Origin: Trichormus sp. ATA11-4-KO1
GTDB taxonomy: Bacteria; Cyanobacteriota; Cyanobacteriia; Cyanobacteriales; Nostocaceae
Assembly (NCBI GenBank): GCA_019358915.1
Contig: JAHHIM010000073.1
Coordinates: 32,001-96,000 of the forward strand
Reading direction: 5' to 3'
Length of the DNA stretch: 64,000 bases
The first letter of the stretch is position 1. Every line of letters starts with the position of its first letter. The notes below the pieces were generated by a model. The model worked only from the letters and a program-made list of their open reading frames with translations, was not told the DNA's origin and did not search any database. A program made the position numbers and the translations under genes. Shown piece by piece: positions 8,260-18,094 of the stretch.

Positions 8260-10525
8260 GTTTTTTTTTCAACGCAGAGGAGCGCAAAGGGAAGCGCAGA
8301 GGGGTGCGGAGGTCAAATTCTGTTTATATCTGCGTTTGATTTGTGCGTGTCTGTGCTTTTTATTAATTCTGTTGTTTTCTGTACCTGCTAGAGCAACTCA
8401 AGCTCAAATAGAACGTACACCTTTAACTTTGGAATTGCTACAAGAACGACTGCGGACACCGATAATCCACGAGGGTAACTTGAGTGTGGATTTGCGGGAG
8501 ATGGTGATTGATTTGCGACCAGAGAATGCGGAATTTCGTGATAGTTTCTACCAATTGCTACGCAAGGAATTGCAAAAGTCGGGGACAAAACCTTTGGGTT
8601 TAGACCTGAGTTATTCTTTAATTCAAGGGGATTTTTTAGGTAGTGATTTGGGTTTAAGAACACCTCTTTATGCCTCAGCAATATCTAGTGAGCAGCCTGT
8701 AAGTGTATATGCGCCGATTTTTAGTGCCAACGAACAAGAACAACTGGAACATTTACGCTTTGTTTGTTTACAGTCTGTGGCGATCGCTTTACCTAATTCT
8801 AAAGACTGTCGGGCACTTTTGGGAAGTCAGCCGAGTGCATCTAGCGAGATCAGTGTGTTTCGTGGTTCTTTGACTTTGGTGCAAACTCGCTTTAATGGGG
8901 AGGTACAGTTTCCGAATACTTTCTTTTTTCAGCCTGTAGATGCAGAAAACGCCACTTTTCTCCAACCAGCTAACTGGACTGAAACTAGATTTAGCCGTTC
9001 TGTGCGTTTCACTGGCGCTAATTTTTGGAAATTGAGTAATTTTCAAACCAGTATTTTTTTTGACAAGGCTAATTTTAAAGAAACTCAGTTTCAAGAAAGT
9101 GCTGATTTCCAAGACAGCACGTTTCAAGATGCTGCCAAATTCAATGCAGCTAGTTTTCAGCAATCTGCTAAGTTTAATAGAACACAATGGCTAGGAAATG
9201 CTGATTTATCGAGTGTGCGTTTTGCTAATCAAGTACAATTTACTAAAGCTAATTTTAATCAGTTTTTATTCCTCACAGAAGCAATTTTTGAGCAAGCTGC
9301 GATTTTTCGAGAAGTACAGTTTAACCAACCTGTAAATTTACGTGGTGCTAGTATTTTTAACCAAGCGGATTTTAGTGATGCGAGGTTTGCTAAGAAAGCT
9401 TTTTTAAATGTACCTGGTTTAACTTTTAACTCGAACCAAGCAAAAATTTTAGGCAATCCCGGCGAGATTGGTAAAATGTTTCATGTTCCTACCTCCCAAG
9501 GTAATCAAAATATCTTGCGGAATTTGGGACAAAATTTCCGTCAGCAGCAGCAAATCGCTGACGCGAATCAACTGGAGTATACAAAACAACGACTGCGACT
9601 AATTGAATTAAGTCACCGTCTGGTAGATACAAATATTAATACTGCTTCCCTCAGCAGTTTGATTAATCTGGGTTTTAGTACAACTCAAGCAGAAGCGATC
9701 GCTCAGCGTCGTGTTGTCAAACCGTTTCGCAATAGCAGTGAACTATTAAGTTTAGCAGACATCGATTTAGAAACATACAACCAACTTAGCGATCGCCTAA
9801 TTGTGGCTGAACCTCTTTCTCCTGGCGGGTGGCTAGTACATGCTGCAAGATGGTTGGCGTTGAGTGTACTGCTGCTGTTGAGTGGTTATGGTACCAGTTT
9901 TTGGTTAGTGTTTGGCGTGGGAGGAGTAGCGATCGCTTTTTTTGGCTGGCTATTTTGGTTAGTGGATCGCTATCGTCGCTTGCATCCAGTCGCCATTATT
10001 CCCACATATTACGAAACTACATGGATATTAGCTGGTTTTAGCTGTTTAACACTCTTTAGCTTATTAGCTATCTTTCGTAATGCTGAACAGCCTTGGTTGA
10101 CACTAGGGTGTCTTTTGATAATTATTATTCCCGTACCAGTAGCTTTATTAATTCGACTTTATCAAAAAGGTCGCTATCACGATTTAATGGATGTTTCTTA
10201 TTTTACAGAAGACGGTACTTTCCGGCAGTTACGATTGCTAATTGGACGATTACCAGTGATACCAAGAAACCAAATATTCCGTGAACGATATATGCCTCTT
10301 TTGTGGAACCTTCGTTGGAATTGGCTAAATTACTACGACTTTAGTCTGAACAATTTGGTGAGGTTAGGATTTAACGATATTCGCCTGCGAGACGAACATT
10401 TGCCGGGTATCATCGCCACACTTGCTTGGTATCAGTGGAGTTTGGGTGTACTTTACATCACTCTAGTTTTGTGGACACTTTCCCGCACCATTCCGGGATT
10501 AAACTTACTGATTTATCTTAAATAA
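8252..10525 (+). CDS. Pentapeptide-repeat protein with helix-hairpin-helix domain and C-terminal membrane, ion-channel-like region
   Basis: Signal-like N-terminus, many A.F...F repeats, NINTAS...LGFS..QAEAI..R HhH motif, several TM helices and a pore-like YDFSLNNLVRLGFND. Exact start uncertain. Confidence 0.75.
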   Translation: MSEFFFQRRGAQREAQRGAEVKFCLYLRLICACLCFLLILLFSVPARATQAQIERTPLTLELLQERLRTPIIHEGNLSVDLREMVIDLRPENAEFRDSFYQLLRKELQKSGTKPLGLDLSYSLIQGDFLGSDLGLRTPLYASAISSEQPVSVYAPIFSANEQEQLEHLRFVCLQSVAIALPNSKDCRALLGSQPSASSEISVFRGSLTLVQTRFNGEVQFPNTFFFQPVDAENATFLQPANWTETRFSRSVRFTGANFWKLSNFQTSIFFDKANFKETQFQESADFQDSTFQDAAKFNAASFQQSAKFNRTQWLGNADLSSVRFANQVQFTKANFNQFLFLTEAIFEQAAIFREVQFNQPVNLRGASIFNQADFSDARFAKKAFLNVPGLTFNSNQAKILGNPGEIGKMFHVPTSQGNQNILRNLGQNFRQQQQIADANQLEYTKQRLRLIELSHRLVDTNINTASLSSLINLGFSTTQAEAIAQRRVVKPFRNSSELLSLADIDLETYNQLSDRLIVAEPLSPGGWLVHAARWLALSVLLLLSGYGTSFWLVFGVGGVAIAFFGWLFWLVDRYRRLHPVAIIPTYYETTWILAGFSCLTLFSLLAIFRNAEQPWLTLGCLLIIIIPVPVALLIRLYQKGRYHDLMDVSYFTEDGTFRQLRLLIGRLPVIPRNQIFRERYMPLLWNLRWNWLNYYDFSLNNLVRLGFNDIRLRDEHLPGIIATLAWYQWSLGVLYITLVLWTLSRTIPGLNLLIYLK

Positions 10526-10950
10526 TATCTGTAATATTACTTGGCATTGATACAAATGCTCCCTTCTAGTCGCCAGAACTTCTAGGCATCACTTCTTCCC
10601 TCTAACTTATAACTTCGTTCAAAATCAGGGATATTTTTGCCTCTCTCCGCCTCTACCAGATCAGGAACTTGAGACGAGAGTTTGAGGCTATGAATGATCT
10701 CTTTTAATATTTACTTACTAAATACTGATAAATCTAATGAACTGGATACGCATAAATTTTATATTTAATTTTATTTATTAACTATTGCTTGTACTAATTT
10801 TATTCAAAGCCTATCTACGGAGGCTAATTATGTACATCTTCATAAAAAATTCATAAAGTAAAACTACTTTAACTTTAGTTTAGAAACTTTTTAGCAGTTG
10901 GCCGCAAGTATTGCATGGCTAGAAAATAGATAAAGTTTTTTCATTAATCT

Positions 10951-10988
10951 AAAAATCCCACGGCTTTGTTATCAAAAATCGTGGGATT
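10951..10988 (-). terminator. Putative terminator of ilvN
   Basis: AATCCCACG/CGTGGGATT stem, with an A-run on the + strand giving the U-tract. Confidence 0.55.
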
Positions 10989-11020
10989 ATCAACAGGGCT
11001 ACCATCTCAAGCGTTTACAA

Positions 11021-11539
11021 CTAAACCTTGGCTTCCAAAGACTTGAGCAACTCAGTGTTCACACCCGACTCACGAGTCAGGGCAATTTTGCCAGTGCGGG
11101 CTATTTCCCTCAGACCAAATTTTTGTAACACCTGCACGATCGCTACCATCTTACCTGGATCTCCCACAACTTCCAAAGTTAGAGAATCTTCTGCCACATC
11201 CACCACTCGCGCCCGGAAAATCTGCGCCAGTTCGACAACTTCTGAACGGTTGCTGCTAGTAGCATTCACCTTCAGCAGCATCAATTCTCTTTCTACGCAA
11301 GGAATTTCGGTGATGTCCTGTACCTTGAGGACATTGACCAGCTTGTATAGTTGTTTGGTGAGTTGCTCAATCACGCGATCGTCTCCAGGTACAATCATCG
11401 TAATTCGGGAAACTCCTCCCTGCTCAGCTGGGCCAACAGCCAGGCTTTCGATATTAAAGCCACGACGCGCAAATAAACTAGAAATGCGGGATAGAACGCC
11501 CGCCTCGTCTTCTACCAGAACTGAAAGGGTATGTTTCAT
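11021..11539 (-). CDS. ilvN: Acetolactate synthase small subunit
   Basis: [34 protein letters not shown] domain; ERELML and IARTG motifs. Confidence 0.97.
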   Translation of the reverse strand: MKHTLSVLVEDEAGVLSRISSLFARRGFNIESLAVGPAEQGGVSRITMIVPGDDRVIEQLTKQLYKLVNVLKVQDITEIPCVERELMLLKVNATSSNRSEVVELAQIFRARVVDVAEDSLTLEVVGDPGKMVAIVQVLQKFGLREIARTGKIALTRESGVNTELLKSLEAKV

Positions 11540-11811
11540 CTTCGCCAACACAGGCTCAGGCAGTATTTTTCTAATGCAAACATTAGCTAACGGCTGCCTT
11601 ACACGTACTGTTCACTAAATTGTCAGTCTAATGTCCCATTTTAAACTTAATACCCGCATTCATTACACTTTCTCAAGAAAAGTTATGGACAAATCATCCT
11701 GAAAGCATAAACCTCTGTGAGTGCATATCTTTTCTTGGACAGATGTGGATTTTTTGTCAAGCTTTTATTCTGCAAATGTGAATCTCTCATAGTAATTAGG
11801 ACAAAAACTTT

Positions 11812-12180
11812 ATGAGTTGGTTAAAAAGACTGTTTGGATTAGAAAAACCACAAAATGCACAAGTAAATCCTACTCCACAGCCAGTACCGCAAGCTTCTAC
11901 CACTAGTGCAGCCCCTACCGCTACTCAATCAATTCCGCCAGAGCGGTTAGGATTGAATGGAGAATATGACCAAAGTGGTTTGGCAAAGCGAGTAGCATTG
12001 GCGTTTGATCAAGACCCGCAACTTGATGGTATTGATACCCTCTGGGTGGCTCAAACAGGTAGCACTGTAGTGTTGAAGGGTCAAGCTCCCAGTCAGGAAA
12101 TTCTGAATAAGATGATGTCTGTGGCGCGATCAGTTCATGGTACTACAGGCGTTGAAACCAACCAAGTCACTATCGGTTAG
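11812..12180 (+). CDS. BON-domain (phospholipid-binding) protein
   Basis: Amphipathic MSWLKRLFG start, then YDQSGLAKRV...VVLKG...V.G...V. Confidence 0.8.
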   Translation: MSWLKRLFGLEKPQNAQVNPTPQPVPQASTTSAAPTATQSIPPERLGLNGEYDQSGLAKRVALAFDQDPQLDGIDTLWVAQTGSTVVLKGQAPSQEILNKMMSVARSVHGTTGVETNQVTIG

Positions 12181-12213
12181 GATGTAATTCGTAATTACCA
12201 GACCACAAGAGTT

Positions 12214-13164
12214 TTATTGATTTGGCATGAGTTGTTGATTTTCGCTGTGCTGTACTAGCTGTTGACATCTATCAATCCAATTCAAAATAGCTTGATTAAC
12301 TTGTTCTGGACATTCATCATGGGGACAATGTCCTACATCCTCTAAGTTGAGTAGTTCTAATTTCTCGTTGTACTGAGTAAATCGCTGAGCAAGTATGGGG
12401 GGAACAAATCGGTCTTTTTGTCCCCAAATTAAAAGCATGGGTACTGTTAAAGTTGGTAATAATTTTTTAACACTAGGACTAAAGTTAACAGCGATCGCAG
12501 CTTTAAACAAGGCACTAAAAGCACGAGCAGAACCCCGATCTTGAGGAGGGCCAGCTAAAATGTCTATCAGTTCGTCGGTTATTGCTTCAGGATTGGCGTA
12601 AGCTAGACTGGCCCAGCGACGCACAAAGCTGGGTCGGCGCACAAAGTGAAACACAGGCTTGAGTATCAACGGAGAAGCAACTAGCTTTTTGATACCAATA
12701 ACCAGAGGTCGCAGGAAAGGTGGGATGGCTTCTTGTTCTACAGATGGGTCCGGCAAACTCATCATAATTATGCCCTGCACCATTTCTGGATGGGCAGCCG
12801 CAGCAGCTAAACAAATCAATGAACCGTTGGAATTACCTACTAATATTACTGGTTTACGGATAAATGCTTGCCAAAATTCGTACACCTGCGCTACCCACAG
12901 TTCTATACTGTAATTTGCTGGCGCTTTTTCCGAAGCACCAAAACCCAGCATATCTAGAGCATAGACTGTGTGGTGTTCGCCCAACACTTGTAAGTTATGT
13001 CGCCAATGGCCAATAGAAGCACCAAAACCATGTAGCAAAATTAAAGGTGTTGATTCTTGCTGATTTTGGGTCGGTCGGATATAAGTGTAACGAGTTTGCC
13101 AGCCTCGCCAAACCCAATCTCGTTGATTACCAACTCGTTGTTGCCAGTGTACCGTTGTGGTCAC
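12214..13164 (-). CDS. Alpha/beta fold hydrolase
   Basis: LHGFGAS..HW, DMLGFG, GNSNG, WGQKD and GHCPHDE motifs. GTG start at 13164 inferred. Confidence 0.9.
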   Translation of the reverse strand: MTTTVHWQQRVGNQRDWVWRGWQTRYTYIRPTQNQQESTPLILLHGFGASIGHWRHNLQVLGEHHTVYALDMLGFGASEKAPANYSIELWVAQVYEFWQAFIRKPVILVGNSNGSLICLAAAAAHPEMVQGIIMMSLPDPSVEQEAIPPFLRPLVIGIKKLVASPLILKPVFHFVRRPSFVRRWASLAYANPEAITDELIDILAGPPQDRGSARAFSALFKAAIAVNFSPSVKKLLPTLTVPMLLIWGQKDRFVPPILAQRFTQYNEKLELLNLEDVGHCPHDECPEQVNQAILNWIDRCQQLVQHSENQQLMPNQ

Positions 13165-13269
13165 ACTTTCCTCCGAATCTATCAATAATTTAATTAAATA
13201 CTATCTAATGTTTTGTATTTAGGACTTTAGTGCTTGAAAATTCAGGACTAAAGTCTTGACCATGCAGCA

Positions 13270-13619
13270 GTGTTAATCTTCAGCTTACCAGGTCAGCTCG
13301 TAGTTGCACAAAATCAACAGCTTTTCAGAACAACACGCCGAACGTGGGGAGACATTCAAGACGGTACAACTCGTTTGCTTACAGATGCACCTATTCGTTA
13401 CGCACTCTTCATGCAGTTAGTCGCATCAATTGCCGGAGCGCAAATCTTAGTAAATACTGTTGGCTATGTCCATTGATGGTCTTATGGTTGGTAGCAGGTG
13501 CGGGGCAAAATTTAGTCAACTTACCTACTCAGACATTAATTGCAGACCGTATCCCGACTGCTATACAAGAGCGAGTTTATGGCGCTGCTGTTGACAATAT
13601 CTACTCAAGATATTGGTAA
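13270..13619 (+). pseudogene. MFS transporter remnant (NreB/NrsD-like nickel resistance permease)
   Basis: Two out-of-frame pieces, MQLVASIAGAQILVNTVGYV and LWLVAGAGQNLVNLPTQTLIADRIP..QERVYGA. Both resemble the C-terminal half of NreB-type MFS proteins; the N-half is absent. Confidence 0.65.
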
Positions 13620-13677
13620 AAATTTATTCACAGGGTTAAGATGAAGCACTGTCATTATCCTTTAAACCGAATGCTGC

Positions 13678-15018
13678 TTACCACTTTTGGGGATGACGCG
13701 GCACTAAAATTCTGACATCGGGGTCTGGTAATCCAATATTCGCTTCTTTCAACGCAGCAACGATCGCCTGTCTGACAGCTGATGTCGTAGCTATAAAATC
13801 AGAACGCCGCGAATCTGTCCAAAAGCGCGTTTCAACTACAACGTCATCTTGTCCTAACTCCCGCATCCGCACAGAAACCCCCGGCTCATCAAGTACCTCT
13901 TGTGTTGCCTGGGCTGCATTTTTTAATACAGTAACTACTTGTTGCAGGTCGCTATCGTAACCAATGAATAGTTCGACACTGCTACGGCGGATAGGTGCAG
14001 CTGTGTTGTTAATGATCCGAGAAGTAAACACTTCAGCATTAGGAATTAGTACCACGCGACCATCGTAGGTACGAAGTTGGGTAGCACGCAATTCTATACG
14101 TTCAACGTTTCCTTCGGTTTCGCCAACAACAATTTGATCGCCCAACTCAAAAGGACGTAAGACAAGAATTAGCATACCGCTAATAAAATTAGAAATGATA
14201 TCCTTGAGGGCAAATCCCAAAGCAAGGCTAGTTAATCCTAATCCAGTCGCCACAGCCTGGGGATCAAAACCAAAAGCATCTAGGGCAACTATCAAACCGA
14301 GTGTCCAAACGGCGTAATATGCAACCTGCTTAATTAGGTTTTCAATAGTCAAATCTTCAACAATGTGGCGGAAGATAATTCGCATCAGCCAGCGTATGAA
14401 TGTGGCTATTGCCCAGAAAAGACCAATTACTAAAATAGCAGCGATCGCACGCGGAATAATTGTGATGGCAGATTCTATCAGTCGTCCGAAAGCAGTCTCT
14501 ACTGATGCTTGTACTTCTGCTACAAATCGCCCCCAAGGCGAAAGGCGGCGTTGACTTGCTCGTTTAAGAGCAGCATTAATTGCTTGTGACCATTGGATAG
14601 CTAGCGCGTCAACGGTTGTTAAATTGTCTTGAGCATCTGTTGTAGTTAGAGTAACAATTGGTACTCCCGCACTAGTAATAACGCGCTGTTGCTTATCTTG
14701 GGAAGTTTCAATCTGAGGTGGAGAAATTGCTGTTGGATTTTCTAATAACCGATTCATGCGTCGTTCGATTTGCCTTGCTCGGTCTGATGCATTGGTGTTA
14801 TCCACTGCACTTACTCGGAACAATGCACGACCATCTAGACGTACTGTTACTCTTTCATCTTGCGCTCTCACTGAATTGGGGAGAGTTATCGTTATGACAA
14901 TCAAAATAGTGAGTAATAATACCCAAATTATGCGAATCAATGCTAATTTGCTCAAACGATTTGTGGTTATTGTCCTGGTTCTTCGCCTCACGATTAAATT
15001 ACCCTCGCAAACGTCCAC
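13678..15018 (-). CDS. MscS-family mechanosensitive channel with periplasmic N-domain
   Basis: ALGFALKDIISNFISG, RPFELGD, GNVERI.LRAT and IPN motifs. Confidence 0.92.
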   Translation of the reverse strand: MDVCEGNLIVRRRTRTITTNRLSKLALIRIIWVLLLTILIVITITLPNSVRAQDERVTVRLDGRALFRVSAVDNTNASDRARQIERRMNRLLENPTAISPPQIETSQDKQQRVITSAGVPIVTLTTTDAQDNLTTVDALAIQWSQAINAALKRASQRRLSPWGRFVAEVQASVETAFGRLIESAITIIPRAIAAILVIGLFWAIATFIRWLMRIIFRHIVEDLTIENLIKQVAYYAVWTLGLIVALDAFGFDPQAVATGLGLTSLALGFALKDIISNFISGMLILVLRPFELGDQIVVGETEGNVERIELRATQLRTYDGRVVLIPNAEVFTSRIINNTAAPIRRSSVELFIGYDSDLQQVVTVLKNAAQATQEVLDEPGVSVRMRELGQDDVVVETRFWTDSRRSDFIATTSAVRQAIVAALKEANIGLPDPDVRILVPRHPQKW

Positions 15019-15306
15019 TTAGCCACAAATCAAAATTTTTGATTTGCCTATTGATAAGGTTAATAAATTACTGTTATTGCTTAAAAATAAAGCTATGGGC
15101 GATATTTGTCTTCATGCTTGCGAAAGAAACCCTGAAGCTAAAAAGGCATAATAGTTTAACGCATTGGCATATTGTATGTTTAGCAATTTGTTAACAATGA
15201 TTCAAATAGAATTCCTGATTTTTTTGTAACCGAAATGAGAATGTGAATTCTGAATCAGTTTTACTTTAAATATAAAAAGTCAAGAACTTGGAAAGATTGA
15301 TTGAGA

Positions 15307-17961
15307 TTATAAAAAATTAGTTTTAAAAGTTTTGGTTTTAAACAGCCGCATTCCATTTGCAGTAACTAACAGAGAAGTTCCTGTATCAGCTAAGACAGCG
15401 ATCGCTAAACCAACAAACCCAAACGTTCCCAATAGTAAAAATAAAGCCTTAGTTACCAAAGAAAAAACCACATTCTGTTGAATCACTGATACAGTACGTC
15501 GGCTTAAATCTACTGCATAAGCAAGCTGTCTCAAGTCACTACCTACCAGCACCACATCTGCTGTCTCCAAAGCGATATCAATTCCACCCACAGCAAAACT
15601 AATATCTGCCGTAGCTAAAGCAGGTGCATCGTTAATGCCATCTCCAACCATACCTACTACCCCGTGACGACGCAACTGTTGAATTGTTTGCAGTTTATCT
15701 TCAGGTAACAGTTCTGCCTGATACTCTGTAATTCCCACTTGTTGGGCAATTTGCTTGGCCACAACAGTGCGATCGCCTGTCAACATCACCAACCGCTTCA
15801 ATCCAACCTGCTTCAACTGTCGCAAGGCTTCTGTCGCTTCTAAGCGGATGCCATCAGAGAGGGCGATCGCTCCTAATAACCCTCCGTTCGTCCCTACTAG
15901 CACCGGAATTTGACCGAGTTGTTCAATTTCAGTTAACAAAGATTCAGCTTGACTAGATAAGGGAATACCTTGGTCTGAAAACAACCGTCGATTACCAACC
16001 AGATATAACATCTCACCCTCTGGGTTCGCAGTCGCTACAACGGGGAGGCAGCCGTGTGGGCGGGTTTCCCGACTTGAACGGACTGCCGTGGGAACCCCCG
16101 CAACGCGCTGCTCACCAAAGTTTGCTTGAATCCCTTTACCAGGTAATGCGGTAAAATCAAGAGGCGTTGCTAACTCCAGCCCTAAATCTTGAGCCTTTGC
16201 CACAATAGCTTTTGCTAGGGGATGTTCAGACTGTTGTTCTAAGGAAGCGGCAATCTGTAATATCATGTCTGCACTCACTTTCCCCAAGTCATAAACCTGC
16301 TGCACCATAGGCATCCCTTGGGTAATTGTGCCAGTTTTATCAAAAGCAAGGGTAGTTAGATGTCCAGCCGTTTCCAGTGCATTACCCCCTTTAAATAAAA
16401 CGCCCCGCCGAGTTGCCGCACCAATAGCACTGACAATTGAAACTGGGGTAGAAATGACTAAGGCACAGGGACAAGCAATAACTAGCATGACCAGTGCGCG
16501 GTAAAGCCAGACGTTAAAAGGTTGAGCAAAAGCCAAAGGCGGAATTAAAGCAATGGCGATCGCTGCTAAAATCACTATCGGAGTGTAGACCTGTGCAAAC
16601 TTATCCACCCATTGCTGCGAGGGTGCGCGGCTTTCTTGAGCTTGTTCCACCAAATTAATAATTTTGGCAACGGTTGTATCGCTAGCAGTGTGCGTAACTT
16701 TGACTTCTAAAAAACCTGTCTGATTTAAAGTGCCTGCAAAGACAGTATCCCCAACGGCTTTATCTTCTGGAATTGACTCTCCCGTAATTGGAGATTGGTC
16801 AATAGCACTGTTACCAGAAACAACCACACCATCCAACGCCACACGCCCTCCTGGTCGAATCGTCAAAACTTCACCTAGCTGAATACTTTCGACGGGAACT
16901 GTAAATTCCTGATTCCCGCGCTTAACTGTAGCAGTAGGTGGAGTCAAATCCATCAGTGAGCAAATGGCATTGCGGGTACGACCAAAGGTGAAAACTTGCA
17001 ATGTTGTGCCTAAAGAGAACAAAAAGACAACCAGCCCCCCTTCAAACCAGTCTCCTAAAATTACTGCCCCAATCACCGAAATAGTCATCAGCAGATTCAT
17101 ATCGGCGCGACGCAAGCGCAACTCAAACAAACCAGCCCGGGCGATCGGATAGCCAGCAATTACTATACCAATGCCATAAAAAGCTCGTGCAATCCAGATG
17201 GGTAGCACTAAATACTGAGTAAGTAAACCTAAAACTAAGCCTATACCTGCAAGTATGACACTCTGTCCTCGACGATTTTCAATCCAGAATCTCCAGCTTG
17301 TTAGATTGGATTTTTGTTTTTGTTTGGACTTGTTTATTGGCTGAGAATGCTCGTGGTTATGATCATACTCGTGGTCATGACCATAAGAATTAGTGTGATG
17401 ATGAGAACTGACCTCACCAAATCGCGTTGCTCCCTCCTCAACCGTATAACCTAAATCTTTAACCCGGTCATAAATTGCTTTCTCATTCACCAATTGTGGG
17501 TCATAGGATATATGCAATCTTTCGTTAGCAAAACTGACCGATGCTTCTTGTACGCCTATTATTTTCTGCACCCCAACCTCAATGGTTTTGGCACAACTGC
17601 CACAATCCATCCCGCCAATTTGTAGCTGTAGTGTTTGCAGAGAAACTACATCTACGTTATGGTCATGATTTTGGTGGTCATAGTCGTGTTCATCACCACA
17701 GGAATGAGTACGCTGATGGGATTGAGCCTCATAACTTTGCTCTATTGTATAACCCAAACATTTAATTCGGTTATGGATACTCTTTTCACTCAATACCTCT
17801 GCGTCATAGGAAACTCTGGCTTTACCAGTTGTAAAGTTTACCGTTGCTTCTGTAACACCGTGTAACTGCTGCAAAGCGACTTCAATTGTCTTGGCGCAGC
17901 TTCCACAGTCCATACCGCCAACTTGCAAAGTTTGGGTTTTGAGCGAAGGAGTTTGAGTCAT
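15307..17961 (-). CDS. aztA: Zn/Cd/Pb-translocating P1B-type ATPase (AztA-like)
   Basis: Two GMDCGSC metal-binding domains with His-rich linkers; TGES, CPC, DKTGT, SEHPLA and GDGINDAP motifs. Start moved to ATG 17961 because the longer ORF runs through the operator. Confidence 0.9.
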   Translation of the reverse strand: MTQTPSLKTQTLQVGGMDCGSCAKTIEVALQQLHGVTEATVNFTTGKARVSYDAEVLSEKSIHNRIKCLGYTIEQSYEAQSHQRTHSCGDEHDYDHQNHDHNVDVVSLQTLQLQIGGMDCGSCAKTIEVGVQKIIGVQEASVSFANERLHISYDPQLVNEKAIYDRVKDLGYTVEEGATRFGEVSSHHHTNSYGHDHEYDHNHEHSQPINKSKQKQKSNLTSWRFWIENRRGQSVILAGIGLVLGLLTQYLVLPIWIARAFYGIGIVIAGYPIARAGLFELRLRRADMNLLMTISVIGAVILGDWFEGGLVVFLFSLGTTLQVFTFGRTRNAICSLMDLTPPTATVKRGNQEFTVPVESIQLGEVLTIRPGGRVALDGVVVSGNSAIDQSPITGESIPEDKAVGDTVFAGTLNQTGFLEVKVTHTASDTTVAKIINLVEQAQESRAPSQQWVDKFAQVYTPIVILAAIAIALIPPLAFAQPFNVWLYRALVMLVIACPCALVISTPVSIVSAIGAATRRGVLFKGGNALETAGHLTTLAFDKTGTITQGMPMVQQVYDLGKVSADMILQIAASLEQQSEHPLAKAIVAKAQDLGLELATPLDFTALPGKGIQANFGEQRVAGVPTAVRSSRETRPHGCLPVVATANPEGEMLYLVGNRRLFSDQGIPLSSQAESLLTEIEQLGQIPVLVGTNGGLLGAIALSDGIRLEATEALRQLKQVGLKRLVMLTGDRTVVAKQIAQQVGITEYQAELLPEDKLQTIQQLRRHGVVGMVGDGINDAPALATADISFAVGGIDIALETADVVLVGSDLRQLAYAVDLSRRTVSVIQQNVVFSLVTKALFLLLGTFGFVGLAIAVLADTGTSLLVTANGMRLFKTKTFKTNFL
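16012..16116. repeat. Nested small dispersed repeat inserted in frame in aztA
   Basis: CTCACC direct repeats at 16012-16017 and 16111-16116, 99 bp apart, enclose two nested GC-rich hairpins. Confidence 0.8.
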
Positions 17962-18010
17962 AGCAGCTTTAGAATCAAGGCAAAAAGTTAACTGCCAATA
18001 TTCTAATACA

Positions 18011-18034
18011 ACAATTGAACAACTATTCAATTGT
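18011..18034. promoter_or_regulatory. SmtB/ArsR-type operator (azt operator)
   Basis: Inverted repeat ACAATTGAA-CAACTA-TTCAATTGT between the divergent ATPase and repressor genes; the TGAA..TTCA core matches SmtB/ZiaR/AztR operators. Confidence 0.85.
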
Positions 18035-18094
18035 ACAATGGTTATCATTTTAGGTATTATTGAGATTGATAACTATTGCTAAGTAAAACTTGCT

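Noticed and set aside
11028..11618. 196-aa ORF antisense to ilvN, and similar antisense ORFs over ctpC, the RND genes, thrS and ndhG
   Set aside because: Shadow frames of well-supported genes, with no motifs or RBS.
17410..17445. Possible second small insertion in aztA (CCTCACC...CCTCAACC)
   Set aside because: The flanking repeat is imperfect and the region is a variable linker; it needs an alignment to support.
17962..18048. 29-aa N-terminal extension of the P1B-ATPase in the ORF track
   Set aside because: It runs through the operator/promoter; MTQTPSLK at 17961 directly precedes the first metal-binding domain.
18032..18081. Possible Zur boxes near aztR (TGATAACCATTGTAC on minus, TGATAACTATTGCTA on plus)
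   Set aside because: Only one half-site matches well in each; too weak to call without a position weight matrix.
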